NCBI RefSeq assembly: GCF_006345805.1
Contig: NC_042999.1
Location: 90,396,001-90,460,000 of the forward strand
DNA from: Octopus sinensis
Taxonomy: Eukaryota
Direction of reading: 5' to 3'
Length of the DNA: 64,000 nucleotides
The notes beneath the pieces are model-generated. The model did no database searches, was not told the origin of the DNA, and saw only the letters and a program-made list of their open reading frames with translations. Both the position numbers and the translations under genes were made by a program. Positions 51,034-63,930 of this stretch are shown piece after piece. The stretch's first letter is position 1, and the number at the start of each line of letters is the position of its first letter.

Positions 51034-53361
51034 TTTTGAGTTCAAATCCCCTGAGATTAAGTTTGCCTTTCGTTCATTCAGGGTTCATAAAATTAAGTAC
51101 AAATAATGTACTGGGATTAAATGATCAACTTTTTCCTCCCTATAAAATTTCAAATTTTGTGTCTACATGAGAAATTATTATTGTTGCCACTGCTGATTTT
51201 GTTGATGGTGCTGCTGTTATCGTTGTTTAGCCCTAGGCCAATACTGACTGAGTAGATACATGATCAAAAGCACTCCAGCCATAACTATCCCATTTTCTAT
51301 TTCAGATAGAAGCATAGAAGCTATTTTTTTGGTAACTTAAGTAGTAGTGTTTTTAGTATTATTAATGTTGCTATTGTTGTTTAATAAACCTGGGTCAGCT
51401 CGACCATATCAAGCACTGAAGTAGCCTGTTAAATGGAGCATTCATTTAATACATTTAATTAGTTGCTATAGGCATTCTATACTTCTTGTGGGCAGGTCAT
51501 GCTGCTCTAATATTCAAGTCTTGAAATGTGTCAACATTTGGCTATGGTGAACTTGTCAGAAAGCTATTTCTTTATTTATTAATTCACTTTGGAGAAAGAA
51601 CTCTATCTATGACCCTCTAAAACCAGTGAGCTTGACAGTGAATTCTGATGAATTTGGAATCAGGAAGCTATCTTACTGGTTTATGTTTTATATTTGCTCT
51701 ATATGTGAATATGTGAGTGTATATGTGTGTATTTATTTGTGCATGTTTGTGTGCTGTGCATACACGTGTCAATCCTTTTTTGTCTGCAAATTTGTGCTAT
51801 GTAGTTAAATAAATATTAGCCAAAAATTAATCTATATTTCATTGCCTGCACTACAAAATTGCTAATTATGTTTATTTTACTCAGGCTTAATCTAAGTTAA
51901 TGTGTTATCATTTAGAATAACTTTGACATACTTATGTCCTACTTAAGTAATGATTGACAAATTTAACTAGGAGTTAAGGAGTTTTACAGATAATTAATTT
52001 ACAAATACCACCTAATCACTGTTGAATGGCTATCAGCATAACTGGTATCTTGATGTTAAAAGATTTGCTTCAACATTAAGCAATTATATACTTTTGTAAA
52101 AATCTTCTACTTTAGTATGAAAAATGAAAATAATACAGTTAAAAAAAAGATCAAAGAATAATAACAAAAACGTTTTGGGGCCAAGGAGAGAGAGCATGTA
52201 TTTGGTTGTTTGACTTGTTAGAAATAGCAGCCAAATCTCTGTCAAATTACAGTTTGCTGTCTTAAAAACAGAAGGATATAATGAATAATGCAGTCCTACA
52301 TATGATTAAAAATAATCTGGTGACAACTGGAATATTTTTGACCTGGTGGACCAAGAAAAAAACACAAGCTGGATATTGATTGGAGAATAATATTTTATCT
52401 GTTCAGAAATTAATAACGAGTGGTGAGGATGATTACCATTTTGATAACTTCTATAACTTTTACATAAGCTTTTGGCAGGAAAACACTCTTCATGTTGGTT
52501 TGGAGTAAGGTGCCTCTGAGTACCAATTTTGTTATTGATCACCTCCTTTCTCTCTAGATGAAAATCCAAGGAATTTAAAGTGATACTCAATTTCATCATA
52601 TTCAGTTCATTCTCCAAGAAGAAAAGGTTCTTTGTCATGAACTGTCTTACTTTTTCTTTTTAAACTGTTTTTAAAAGACAAATCAGAATTTGTGAAAGAT
52701 AAAACATATCTTCATTGAAACAATGTTGGAAAGTTGTACATATCTTTATCAGAGGGAAAAGTAGCAAAACAAGATGTGAGGAGAAATGATACATGGTTTA
52801 AAAAAATCAAAATCCAGAATAGTCAAAAACCTGTGGATTCCAGCAAAAAAAAAAAAAAAGAAAAAAAAAATCCAGTGAAGTTTTGACTTGACATGGTTTG
52901 AGTGATCATTAAAATTAGATAAATCATTAAAATGTCATTAGTACTTAAGCTCCAGAAGATGAAGTGAAGTTTTGATTCAACAAAAGTTTTGCATCATAAA
53001 TTATATTTATGTAAGTAAAGAATTATCAATATTATCTCAAGTTTTCTTTTTTATAGAGTCTTCAATTTTTTATTTTACTTTATGCTGAAGGCCCAGAAGA
53101 CCCCTGTAGAAGCTTAACTAAAAGTCTATGTGAATGGTAGCTTTTTGGCTAATAATAAATAACACCCATGCCTGCATGGAAAACGGATGTTAAACGATAA
53201 TGATAATGATGATGATGATGATGAGTAATACACTACAGGTAGTTGAATAAATTATACCATTCTCTTTAAAAATCAGGCTTTGAACCCAAGAAACTTTGAT
53301 TACTTCAAATTTTGAATGAATTTGTATTCCATTTTAAAAGTTTATTATTATTATTGTTGTT

Positions 53362-53591
53362 AAGGTGGCAAAGTGGCAGAATTGTTAGCACGCTGGGTAT
53401 TTCACCTGTCGCTACGTTCTGACTTCAAATTCTGCCAAGGTTGACTTTGCCTTTCATCTTTTCAGGGTTGGTAAAATAAGTACCAGTGAAACACTGGGGG
53501 TCGATATAATCGATTAGTCCCCTCCCCCAAAATTTCAGGCCTTGTGCCTATAGTAGAAAGGATTATTATTATTGTTGTTGTCATCATCATC

Positions 53592-53633
<42 letters not shown>

Positions 53634-53850
53634 GCAAGCTGGCAGTATCATTAGCATGTTGGACAAAATGATTTGTGGCATTTCATCTGTCTTTACATTC
53701 TGGGTTCAAATTCTGTCATGGTTGACTTTGTCTTTCATCCTTTCAGGGTCAATGAAATAAGTACCAGTTAAGCACTGGGGTCAATGTAATCGACTTATAC
53801 CCTCTCTCATAATTGCTGTCCTTGTACCAAGATTTGAAACCATTGTTATT
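53362..53850 (+). mobile_element. Two tandem SINE family B copies
   Basis: 53362-53570 and 53636-53850, separated by (ATC)n(ATT)n. Confidence 0.85.
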
Positions 53851-53959
53851 ATTGAAGATGTCAGTGCAGAAATGTAATCAAAGAATTGTAAGACTAAGGC
53901 TTTCGAAAGAAACAAATGAATAAAAATTGCTGGTTTAGGGAAGGTACTCATGTCCAAAA

Positions 53960-54190
53960 GCGATAACAGTACAACATATTGACTTTATAGAATAATTTGA
54001 TTTGATTTAATTAAAAAAATGTCTTATTATCAAGGTGAGTTTAACATGGGAAGGTAATATGGAGTGGAGTGCAAGTATGAGGAACTTAGGGAGTTGTATG
54101 AGGCATGAAAATGGTAGTGTACAGTACTACCAGTGGAGATAGGGTGTCATGAGTGTGTAACTAGATCTGCTATTAAGGATTGTACTTTAG
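53960..54190 (+). mobile_element. Very decayed RLE-type LINE endonuclease fragment
   Basis: LIIKVSLTWEG..KYEELRELYEA*KW*CTVLPVEIGC resembles ELTVPWE..KY..L....GW....PVEVGCRG. Confidence 0.55.
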
Positions 54191-55108
54191 AGGAATAAGT
54201 GAGCAATGATTTGAAAAATGGAAAGGAAGCATAGATATGATATAGGCATTTTTTATAGATATGATATAGGCAAATGAAAGAAAGATTAAAGTTTAGAGGA
54301 TATAAATTATCATCAGTAATTAGTTAATAAAATAGATGCTGCATAACCAGAGTGATTACAACAGTTCCTTTTCTGATGGAGGTAACTATATAGATGAGAA
54401 AAAGAGTAGAAATATAAATGCTATAATGTGAGCCTAAAGAACCCACACGAAACCTAATAACGTCAATGCTGCTGGAAACCACTAAAATGAATGATTCTGT
54501 ATGAAGTTGGCAGAAATCATTACAATCTCCAGTCAGCATATGATAAAGGCAGCGTACTGTATTGAAAACTGTATGTTATTGCTGTTGTCTGACTCAAAAT
54601 CAGCATTATCCAATCGTTTTGTATATTTAAGAGTACATTGTCCAATATATTCTTCCCTTTTTAGGATGATAGGTATGATTTGAGGGAGATTTGGATGTTA
54701 TTTCTAACAGAGCAAAGAACCACATAGACAATTCCTCATTGGTTCATGCAAACCATATGTTGTTTTTCAGTTCAGGTCATCTAGGATCATTTCCAACTGA
54801 CCTGTATAATCAAATGCATTCCAACTTTGACTGACTCATCTTTTTCAGCAGAGCTACTTTCATTTCCGTTGTCAAGACAGAAGGGTATGTTTTGAGATGG
54901 ATTCAGATGTTGTTTCTAGTGAATCAAACAATTATGTAGAAGCTCGCTTGTTAGCCCATGACATTTTTGTTGTTGTTTTGATCCAGCGAATCTATTATGA
55001 AAGTCATTTTAGCCATCAGTATCCTATTTTATCTAAAATATAGTTGTACTAGAACTGCATTATTCAATACTAACAGAAATACTTCCCTCCTGAGGGTGGT
55101 ATTTCTGC

Positions 55109-55147
<39 letters not shown>

Positions 55148-55159
55148 TAATAATAATAG

Positions 55160-55690
55160 CAATCCTTTCTCCTATAGACACAAGACATGAAATTTGATGG
55201 GAGGGGTCTAATTGATTACGCTGAGCCCAGTGCTCAACTGGTACCTGTTTTATCAACCCTGAAAGGATGAAAGATAAAGACAACCTCAGCAGAATTTAAA
55301 CTTAGAAATATAATGATAGAAGAAATCCTGCAAAGCCTTTTGTCCCTTGTGCTTATGATTCTGCCAGCTCACCACCTTAATAATTCTTTCTATTATAGGA
55401 ACAAGGTCTGAAATTTTGGATGAGTGTTCGACTGCTACTTCAGCATTCTGCCAACTCACAGCCTTAATAATGGTTTCAAAATTTGGCAAAAGGCCAACAA
55501 TTATGGGAGAAGGGGTTAGTTGATTACATTGACTCCAGTGTCCAACTGGTACTTATTTTATTGACCCTGAAAGTATGAAAGGCAAAGTCGACCTTGATGG
55601 ACTTTTCATTAAGAATGTTAAGGTGGATGAAATGCTGCTAAGCATTTTGCCTGGTATACTAATGATTCTGCCAGCTCACTGCCTTTCACT
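55160..55690 (-). mobile_element. Cluster of SINE family B copies
   Basis: Reverse-complement copies at about 55160-55382 and 55468-55686 with a deleted copy between; each ends GATTCTGCCA(G/A)CTCAC. Confidence 0.85.
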
Positions 55691-56767
55691 GCCTCAATAA
55701 TAATCCCAGGATTTTTTAATAACTGCCCAACAAAGTGTAACACATGGTAACTTACAGAGTAACAAGCAGCATTATGATAAGATATTCTTTCTTTTCATAA
55801 AAGGTATTAGACTGTAATGTAAGGGAGATTTGGCTGTAGTTCCTAGCAGGTCTAACCACCATGGCTAGTAAGCTACATGTTGAATATTAAGGTCAATGGC
55901 AATCAGCATAAAGTGAAAGATTTGCTTCCAAACACACGAAAGTATAATATCAATTTCCATTTGATGTCATTTTGCTTATGTTTACTAATATCTTTGTGAA
56001 ATGCTCACACATCACAAACCCTTTTCTTCTCTAGTGCTCAGTCAAGTGGAACCATGGTAGAAATGATATCAGTTTTGGAAAGTATCTATTTCAAGTTGTT
56101 TTTAGTAGGCCTGTAATAATCTATTGATGAGTGCTAACATTATTGATCCTTGAACTAACAAACAACTACATAAATCAATTTTTAAAGTGGAAACATTTGC
56201 ATTTATATATATAAAAAATACACTAAAATAAATAAACTGGAATCAATGTAGATAAATGCAACAATGTAAATATTGAGCTGTCATTAGATTACATTGAGGT
56301 TGCATATTGATTCATGTGGAACAAATTTTAGATTCATTTCAAACAAATACAGGGAAACACAGATAATGAATGAGGAATAGATATTTAGAAGCATTACTCC
56401 AATATTGTTTGCAGTTATCAAATTGCTTAGTTTTAATTCATATTTAACTAGCTGAATTACCCGGCATTGCCCAGGTTACTGCTGTTCTTATTCAGATTAG
56501 TATGCAATAAATACGAAGATATTTTTTGGTTTCTCATAATTATTTCAAAATATTGGTATTTTGTTAAAAAATATCCAAATTGTAATGATAATAGAATTTA
56601 GAACTGAAAATCTGTCAATATTGAAGCATCTCAGGATAAACAGGATTCATCATCATCGTAATCATCATCGTTTAACGTCCGTTTTCCATGCTAGCATGGG
56701 TTGGACGGAGATTCATTGTGTAATTTTTTGTTGGTATCCAAATGAATAAATTGTTGCTGTTTCCAAC

Positions 56768-57300
56768 TCATGAGCAGCCAACATAGAGTTGGCTGTGGGA
56801 GAAGCATGTAGTAGAGAGATGAAGTCCAACTACCTTGAGGGATTGACCCTGAAGTTTGTTAAATGAAATACCAAAACTTAATTTAACTGTAAATTGAAGT
56901 CTCTTAAATTCAAATGGAACATCTGTAGGGATGAGAGGAAATTTTGGAATAAAGACATTTTCTTCTTTGTGACTACCTGTTATGATTGTTATCAGTAGGA
57001 CATGGGGCTTCAGGGAAGTAACAATTAAGTGAGTTCCATTACACAGGCAAGGTGGGTCAAGGTTCCTAAGCAACATGATGGGAGCATCCAGCTTTAGTGT
57101 CAAGTTATGCAATGGCATTCCTGTGGGTTTAAGTGTGTTCAGGAATCCAGTATTGAACAGCCTAATCTTGATTGACTGTTGTGTGAATTGATAGAAAAGT
57201 CATTTCTGATGTGTCTGTTAACTTTTGAATTTCATGATTGAGTTTATCATCCATTTAATTAGTTGGAGCCAGTATAGCTCTTTCACATAGCCAGTTTACA
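56768..57300 (-). pseudogene. Helitron RepHel PIF1-like helicase C-terminal fragment
   Basis: PLHNLTLKLDAPIMLLRNLDPPCLCNGTHL..FKRLQFTVKLSFGISFNKLQGQSLKVVGL..FSHSQLYVGCS*; upstream WLCERAILAPTN relic. Confidence 0.9.
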
Positions 57301-57304
57301 TCAG

Positions 57305-57892
57305 TGTAATTGACAATCACACATACACTGACACATACATACTCTCACATACACTGACACATACATACACTCACATATACTAAGACAGACACACCCAGAC
57401 ATACATTTACATAACAAATATGCAAACTCACACACACTCACAGACACATACACACTGATATACAAAATGAGTTGTTGTCATAGTGGTGGTGGTATAACAT
57501 GTCCTCTTCTATGTGGTACATGATGAACATGCAAACATATACACACAGTCACAGACACTCATATGCAAAATGTGTCATGGTGGTGGTATGAGATGTCCTT
57601 TACTATCTCTTATATAACAAATGCACAAACACACACACACACACACTGACAGACATGTACACACTCATATACAAAATGTGTCTGTACGAAATGAACAGGC
57701 AAACACACACACTGACAGACACATACACACATATACAAAATGTGTCATCATCGTTGTCATGGCATAAAATGTCCTTTACTATGTCGTATGTAACAAGCAC
57801 ACAAGCACACACACACTGACAGACACATACACACTCATATACAAAATGTGACATCGTGGTGGTAGTGGTGGTATAAAACGTTCTTTACTATG
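57305..57892. repeat. Diverged ~100-120 bp minisatellite inside the Helitron
   Basis: Repeated ACACACACTGACAGACACATACACACTCATATACAAAATGTG..GGTGGT..ATGTCCTTTACTATG units. Confidence 0.8.
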
Positions 57893-58137
57893 GGTGACAA
57901 AAGAAAGATCATTTTTGAGAAAATGTTATATTGTTTTAATCTAAATGAAAATAAAAATTACATGTTGACACTTGCGAAGTCGAATAAAAAATTTGATTTG
58001 ATTTGGTGGAGCTGTTTCAGAATGCATAGGGAACAGACTAACAGACAGAGAGACAAAGAATTTTATATATAGAGAGATAAATCAGTACTTTGGTACAATG
58101 GATTTTGAAATAAAACTGATAAAAGCTACTATGATTC

Positions 58138-58965
58138 AGTATGCTGCGCTGGTATGGTCTTGTGGTGAGAATGGATGAGGATAGCTGTGTGAAAAAGTGC
58201 CACACCCTAGCAGTTGAAGGAACATGTGGAAGAGGTAGACCCAGGAAGACCTGGGATGAGGTGGTGAAGCATGACCTTCGAACATTAGGCCTCATCAAGG
58301 CAACGACTAGTGACTGAGACCTTTGGAAATATGCTGTGCTTGAGAAGACCCAGCAAGCCAAGTGAGACCATAATCCGTGGCCTATGCCAGGGGAATAACC
58401 AGCTCACTTATGCATACCTTTCCTTCACTGGACATTAAACTCTGCTTGCAAAGACCTGTTGAGGCAAGTGAAATCGAAATAAAATTCGATGACTGGCATC
58501 CGTGCTAGTGGAGTGTTAAGAACACCATCCGAACATGATCGTTGCCAGAGCAGCTAACTGGCTTCTGTGCTAGTGGCATGTAAAAAGCACCATTTGAGTA
58601 TGACTGTTAATGGCGTCGCCTTATTGGCACTTGTGCCAGTGACACATGAAAAATATTTGAGTGAGATTGTTGCCAGTGCTGCTGGACTGGTTCCTGTGCA
58701 GGTGGCATGTAAAAAACACCATTCGAGCAGGGCTGTTGCCAGTACTGCCTGACTGGCCTCATGCCAGTGGCACGTAAAAGCACCCACTACACTCTCAGAG
58801 TGGTTGGCATTAGGAAGGGCATCCAGTGGTTGAAAACTCTGCCAGATCAGATTGGAACCTGGTGCAGTCATCTAGTTCGCCAGTCTTCAGTCAAATTGTC
58901 CAATCCATGCCAGCATGGAAAGTGGACATAAAATGATGAAGATGATGATGATGATGATGATGATA
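58138..58965 (+). mobile_element. RTE LINE 3' end with sub-repeated 3' UTR
   Basis: LRWYGLVVRMDEDSCVKKCHTLAVEGTCGRGRPRKTWDEVVKHDLRTLGL..LWKYAVLEKTQQAK*, then about four GTGGCATGTAAAAAGCACCAT-type sub-repeats and a (GAT)n tail; further tails at 58980-59165 and 59220-59358. Confidence 0.92.
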
Positions 58966-59159
58966 TATATATATATATAGTGGCACATAAAAAGCAGCCA
59001 TTACACTCTTAGAGTGGTTGATGCTAGGAAGGGTAGCCAGCTATAGAAACCATGCCAAATCAGACTGGAACCTGGTGCAGATCTCCAGAGTACCAGGTTC
59101 AGTCAAATTGTCTATTCCATGCCAGCGTGTAAAGCTGATGCTAATGATGATGATGATGA

Positions 59160-59214
<55 letters not shown>

Positions 59215-59560
59215 TGTCTTAGAAATCATGTCAAAGCTGATGGTAGAAGCTGGGTGCTGTCCTCAGGCATGCTGGCACCTGTCAAACTGTCCAACCCATG
59301 TCAACTTGGAAAACGCATATTAAATGATGATGAGGATGATGATGATGATGATGATGATATATTGTGCTTTTAATGGGTGTGTGTGACAAACTAAAGATCT
59401 GCTCTGATACAAACTCTAGCTGTATCACTGTAGCAGAGAACTCTTTAAATAATCACAAGTTCAGATCTTACTATGACAATTGACATTGTACTATGTTCCA
59501 GATGTTCATTCTTTACTTTGTTTTAACAATAATTGCCAAGGCCATACTGGATCACTGCAT

Positions 59561-59655
59561 GCTTCTTCAAATGATGAAAGGTTTCAGCTCCAGCTTCTTC
59601 AAATGATGAAAGGTTTCAGCTCCAGCTTCTTCAAATGATGAGAGGTTTCCACTCC
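59561..59655. repeat. 32-bp tandem repeat, about 3 copies
   Basis: GCTTCTTCAAATGATGAAAGGTTTCAGCTCCA at 59561 and 59593, diverged copy at 59625. Confidence 0.92.
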
Positions 59656-61467
59656 TACTTCACAACTTAGTGGATAACAAGAGGAAGAATTTCCAGAGGT
59701 AAGAATTAATAAATAAACAAAATAGGAAAGAATTACCCCCTTCCAAAGAAAGTTACCTCCTTTTACTAAGTAGTGTGAAGAAATGGATGTAAAAGAACCC
59801 ACTTACACATATACTTACACAAGCAAACACACATCCAGATGCACACTACATATACACATGCACATACATACACACACAACACCCATACACACACAGCACC
59901 CACACACTCATACCATATACTATACACAAAAAATAGCTCATTAAGAGATATAGAAATTTCCTTGCTGGTTCATTTACCCACTGAGATTCTGTTATGTGCC
60001 AACTACAACAACTGCTGTGAGATCTTTCTGAAGGGATAGTTTATAGGTATGTTGACAACACTTTTAAGTGATGGAACTGAGATTTTAGAGAGACGGTAAA
60101 TATATTTTAATACCGTATCTAGTATGAATAAGGATGGGAGTTGTGGGAGGAAGAGAATTAGGAGGTGGATGACAAAATGGTTGGAGCTTAACAAATGTCT
60201 TCATTACAAGATAAACTGAACATAAAAATCTCAAATTGGAAACTGTAATATGGGTGTCTTCTGGTGTAAGAAGTAAATGAGTCATAAAAATTAATAGAAG
60301 TGAATCTAGTTAGATATATATAAAGATAAATAAATAGTGTGAGTGTGTGTGTGAGTGAATGTGTGTGTGTAAGTGTATATGAGAGAGAATGTGTGTTAGA
60401 GATCTTGCTAGCTAGCTAGTTAAGTTGACACATGCTGTAGATTAATAGGTCTTAAATTTGAGTGTGGAGGGATTAGTTAATTAAAATGATCTCCTAAATA
60501 TGATTGGTACTTATTTCATTAGTCCTGGAGGAATGAAAGGCAACACTGACCTTGGAAGGATTTGAACTCTAAGAGTAAAGATCTGAAATCATATGATACA
60601 CAGACATATAGGAAGACAGATAAGTAGATAAACTTATGTAAATTTTACTTTCTATGATAGCATAATGTGGCTAAGAAGAAGGGGAAAATGTGAAGAGGCA
60701 TTATGTTTGAACAAATCTTTGATGTTCCTGGCTTTTGTTCAATTTCTTTTCATATTTTCTGATAGAGGAGATAAGGCACACACCTCTATAATGGAGTATT
60801 ATTTTAATGTTAGAAAGTTAAAAGGGAATAGAAGCAAGATTAATGTTATTGAGTGTTTGAGAGATAATCTTAACTACTGGACATCAAAGAAATAGGTTTT
60901 GACAAATTATGTAGGAATGAATGAATAAGGAATTCTGTACATAATCATTGTTGATGTTTATTCTGTTGATTTCAAAGAATACCTTGGTGTGAAGGCACCT
61001 GCTGCCATCCAGCTTTTAGTTGGTATTACAGTGATTAGTAAACAGGTAAACAGCTGGACAACAGAATGACTCTTTCAGTAATCTCTCTCAAAATATTTTA
61101 AACAGATGTGATTAGAAGTAGCTAGAATATTAAGGTATAAGGAACTGCTATATTCTGGCTACCACTGAGAGAGTTGAAATGCCAAATAGAAATTTTTGAG
61201 CTAAGTGAAAATTGGAGAAAGAAATGTTATCTTTCATAGTTTAAAGAACTTTATATTTCTGAGAGGGGTTATTAGAATATGGATTAAATAATCATAATTT
61301 TTGTGGTGTTATTATATTACCCTCTGTAGCATATGATAGGATGAAAACTTACTTGTGTTCAGCTTATGAATAATCATTTATTCAATACCTCCTTAAACCA
61401 GTAATAATGAAAAGTACCTTTTCATGTTTATAAAGAGGTGAAATGTACTCACCCATCATATATATTG

Positions 61468-61680
61468 ATTTCAAATTTTGGCACAAGGCCAGCAAGTTTG
61501 AGGAAGTAGGTAAGTCAATTACATTGATCCCAATACTCAGCTGGTACTTATTTCATCAATCCTGAGAGGATGAAAGGTAAAGTCAACCTCAGTGGAATTT
61601 GAATTCAGAACATAAAGACAGAGGAAATGCCACTAAGTATTTTGCCTGGTGTGCTAACGATTCTGCCAGCTTGCTGCCTT
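61468..61680 (-). mobile_element. SINE family B copy
   Basis: Reverse-complement match: CTGGTACTTATTTCATCAATCCTGAGAGGATGAAAGG..TGCTAACGATTCTGCCAGCTTGCTGCC. Confidence 0.85.
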
Positions 61681-61997
61681 GCCTACCATATATATTGACA
61701 CCTAGGCACACAGGATTCTTGATAGTTAAGTGTGTTGGTCATGGACAGCATGCAACTCTCTGGTAACAAGCAACATACCAGAAACATGTCATTATAGTAA
61801 GCGTTTCACTCAGCCACAAATATGTCAAATTAGAAATATCTCATATAAGCCAGAAATGAGTTTTAATAAGTTTAATGTTAATATCATCTACAAATTCGTC
61901 TATTATTTTCATTCATAATAGTTATGATTTTTATATACTGGAACTGGCAGTAACTTATTCCAAAGAATTTTGTCTCAATCATAGCAATATATATATA

Positions 61998-62583
61998 TTG
62001 TAAAAAAATTATTACCTTTGTATGGTATTTTTTCCATGCTGGCCACTTGATAATATCGATATTTAAATATCGATATTATCCTTATTTATAAATTTATATA
62101 ATTCGTCACTATATTCACTGTGGTGTTTATTTTGACCATATCGTGCTTATGGGGTATTTTGGCGGGAAATTTTAACTGGCCTTGTACATACGTGAATATA
62201 TATATATATGCATGGATGTTCGTATATGTAAGTATAACATTTGTTCTGCATATATTTATTTGTATTTATGTGCCTATCTGATATATTCAACTGACGAGGC
62301 AAAGCTTATTTAAAGCAAAGCTAGAAATCCGAGATCTTGAATTATTCAGTAATATTTTTTGCTAGTCTATTTTGTCCCTCTGTCTTATCTCATGGTGCGA
62401 TATGAACATTTAACGTGGTTCTTAGAGTCAGGGTTTTGACTGCTATTTTGGCATGGTGGTGTCTCTCAGACCCCCTTATTTTTAGTTGTAGAAAAATTAT
62501 TACCTTTGTATGGTATTTTTTCCCATGCTGGCCACTTGATAACTTGATAATATCGATATTATCCTTATTATAAATTTATATAT
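61998..62583 (+). mobile_element. 488-bp-period partial tandem element carrying a hammerhead ribozyme (retrozyme or Penelope pLTR-like)
   Basis: About 100-bp direct repeats at 61998-62100 and 62486-62583; flanked by (TA)n; non-coding interior with a hammerhead fold. Confidence 0.65.
62285..62342 (+). ncRNA. Minimal type I hammerhead ribozyme (predicted)
   Basis: Stem I ATTCAA/TTGAAT (6 bp); core CTGACGA (62291-97); stem II GC-aaa-GCTT-attta-AAGC-aaa-GC; GAAA (62324-27); short stem III T-ccgag-A; AUC triplet, predicted cut after C62336. Confidence 0.7.
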
Positions 62584-62591
62584 GTATATAT

Positions 62592-62647
<56 letters not shown>

Positions 62648-63446
62648 GCTATATCAATGTCCAGGTTCAGCTATTTGTAAATATTCGTAAGCATAATGCC
62701 ATGGAAACAGGAGGTAACCATTTGTGGGCTGAAGAGATAGATCAGCAAAAAGAAAATAGCATTACTGATAATAAATATGCTGGGACCAGTTTGACTATGA
62801 TTCGCTCTTTTTAAAATTGGCCTTTTATCCAACTGAAGCATAAGTAAATTCTGTTAAGAACAGAATGATCAAACAAATTAAATTTTGCATAAAAAAATAG
62901 GAGGGCTATGTGATTTTCATGCATCTCTCATGTTACTGATGTGTGAGAATAGAAGTATTTAATTGAAAATATAAACTAGGTCATACACTTTCAGTTTGTT
63001 TCAACATTTCCTCTCCACTAGAATGTTTTTATGCATGATACTTGTTCACAATCGTAATTTTCAAATTCAATATGCTTTAGAACTAATCCAGAAAAGATAC
63101 CCCTTGGGTGACAAATACTTGAGATACATTAATGAATAGAAAATAAAAGAGTAATTTGCTGATAATTGCTGTAGCGGCTAACTATACTTCATTTCTGGTA
63201 ACAAGTGGTAAATAATCTTATCTTTTTTTTCTCATTTTACTTTTTTGCATCCATTTCCTCATAATTGCCATAGTGGAATGGCTTTTATCAGAGCAATTAG
63301 TTTTACAATTAGATAGCCTTACTATCATTAGCTATTCAAATGTGAAACAAGAATGTAATCTGTCCTTTGTCAGTCAGGTAAACTGGAGCAAGCAGATCTT
63401 ATGTGTATTGCTCAGGGTATAACACAATAATTGTATCAAGATTCGA

Positions 63447-63930
63447 TACTTTTATGATACCAACCTGCCTGAAACCCAGAGATATACAATACAAACTTCT
63501 TGTTTTAAACTGATATGAATTAAAACCTCCCGACAAAATTTCATGTTAATTTATGTTTCAAGCATCAGTTTAATAATAACAGTTATTTTACTAAATTTTT
63601 CATTATTATTTTCAAAATTAATTATATTGAAAGCAGAGTGAAATATGATAATGACAGAGTGTAAAATTACATGTATTAAAGTAGAGTTAGCTTTTGCTTG
63701 ATTGAAACCATTGACATCTCCCACTTGAAAGGTTTGCTTCATAACGTGCTATATTGTGCTATCAGAATAACCATTTCATCAAAGGCTAGTTCTTTGGATT
63801 TGTTTCTGTCACATTCCTAGCCATAACATGTTTTATTTTCAGGGCTTTTATTAAATATAAAGAAAACTATTGAAACAAATCTAAAACCATAGACTTTGGT
63901 GAAATTCTTATTTTAATAACACACAAACAC
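63447..63930 (-). mobile_element. Probable piggyBac-like transposon relic (C-terminal cysteine-rich domain and 3' end)
   Basis: Minus strand HNIARYEANLSSGRCQWFQSSKS*LYFNTCNFTLCHYHISLCFQYN* resembles a degenerate piggyBac CRD (GRC..C..K...C..C...LC....CF..YH); two Cys positions are mutated and no intact TTAA-CCC end is seen. Confidence 0.45.

Larger units (their letters stand above)
56448..58077 (-). mobile_element. Internally deleted Helitron with both termini and a PIF1-like helicase fragment
   Basis: Minus strand: A|TCTCTCTATATATAAAA at the 5' end (58077) and CCTGGGCAATGCCGGGTAATTCAGCTAG|T at the 3' end (hairpin plus CTAG, 56448); helicase motifs inside. Confidence 0.9.

Noticed and set aside
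52306-52638. 110-aa minus-strand ORF in non-repetitive-looking sequence
   Set aside because: No recognisable motif or convincing splice sites; cannot be supported without a database search.
58480-58790. Regularly spaced GTGGCATGTAAAAAGCACC repeats resembling a CRISPR array
   Set aside because: The spacers are homologous to each other, the context is a eukaryotic LINE 3' UTR, and no cas genes are present.
59561-59655. 32-bp repeats of CRISPR-like length
   Set aside because: Head-to-tail tandem with no spacers.
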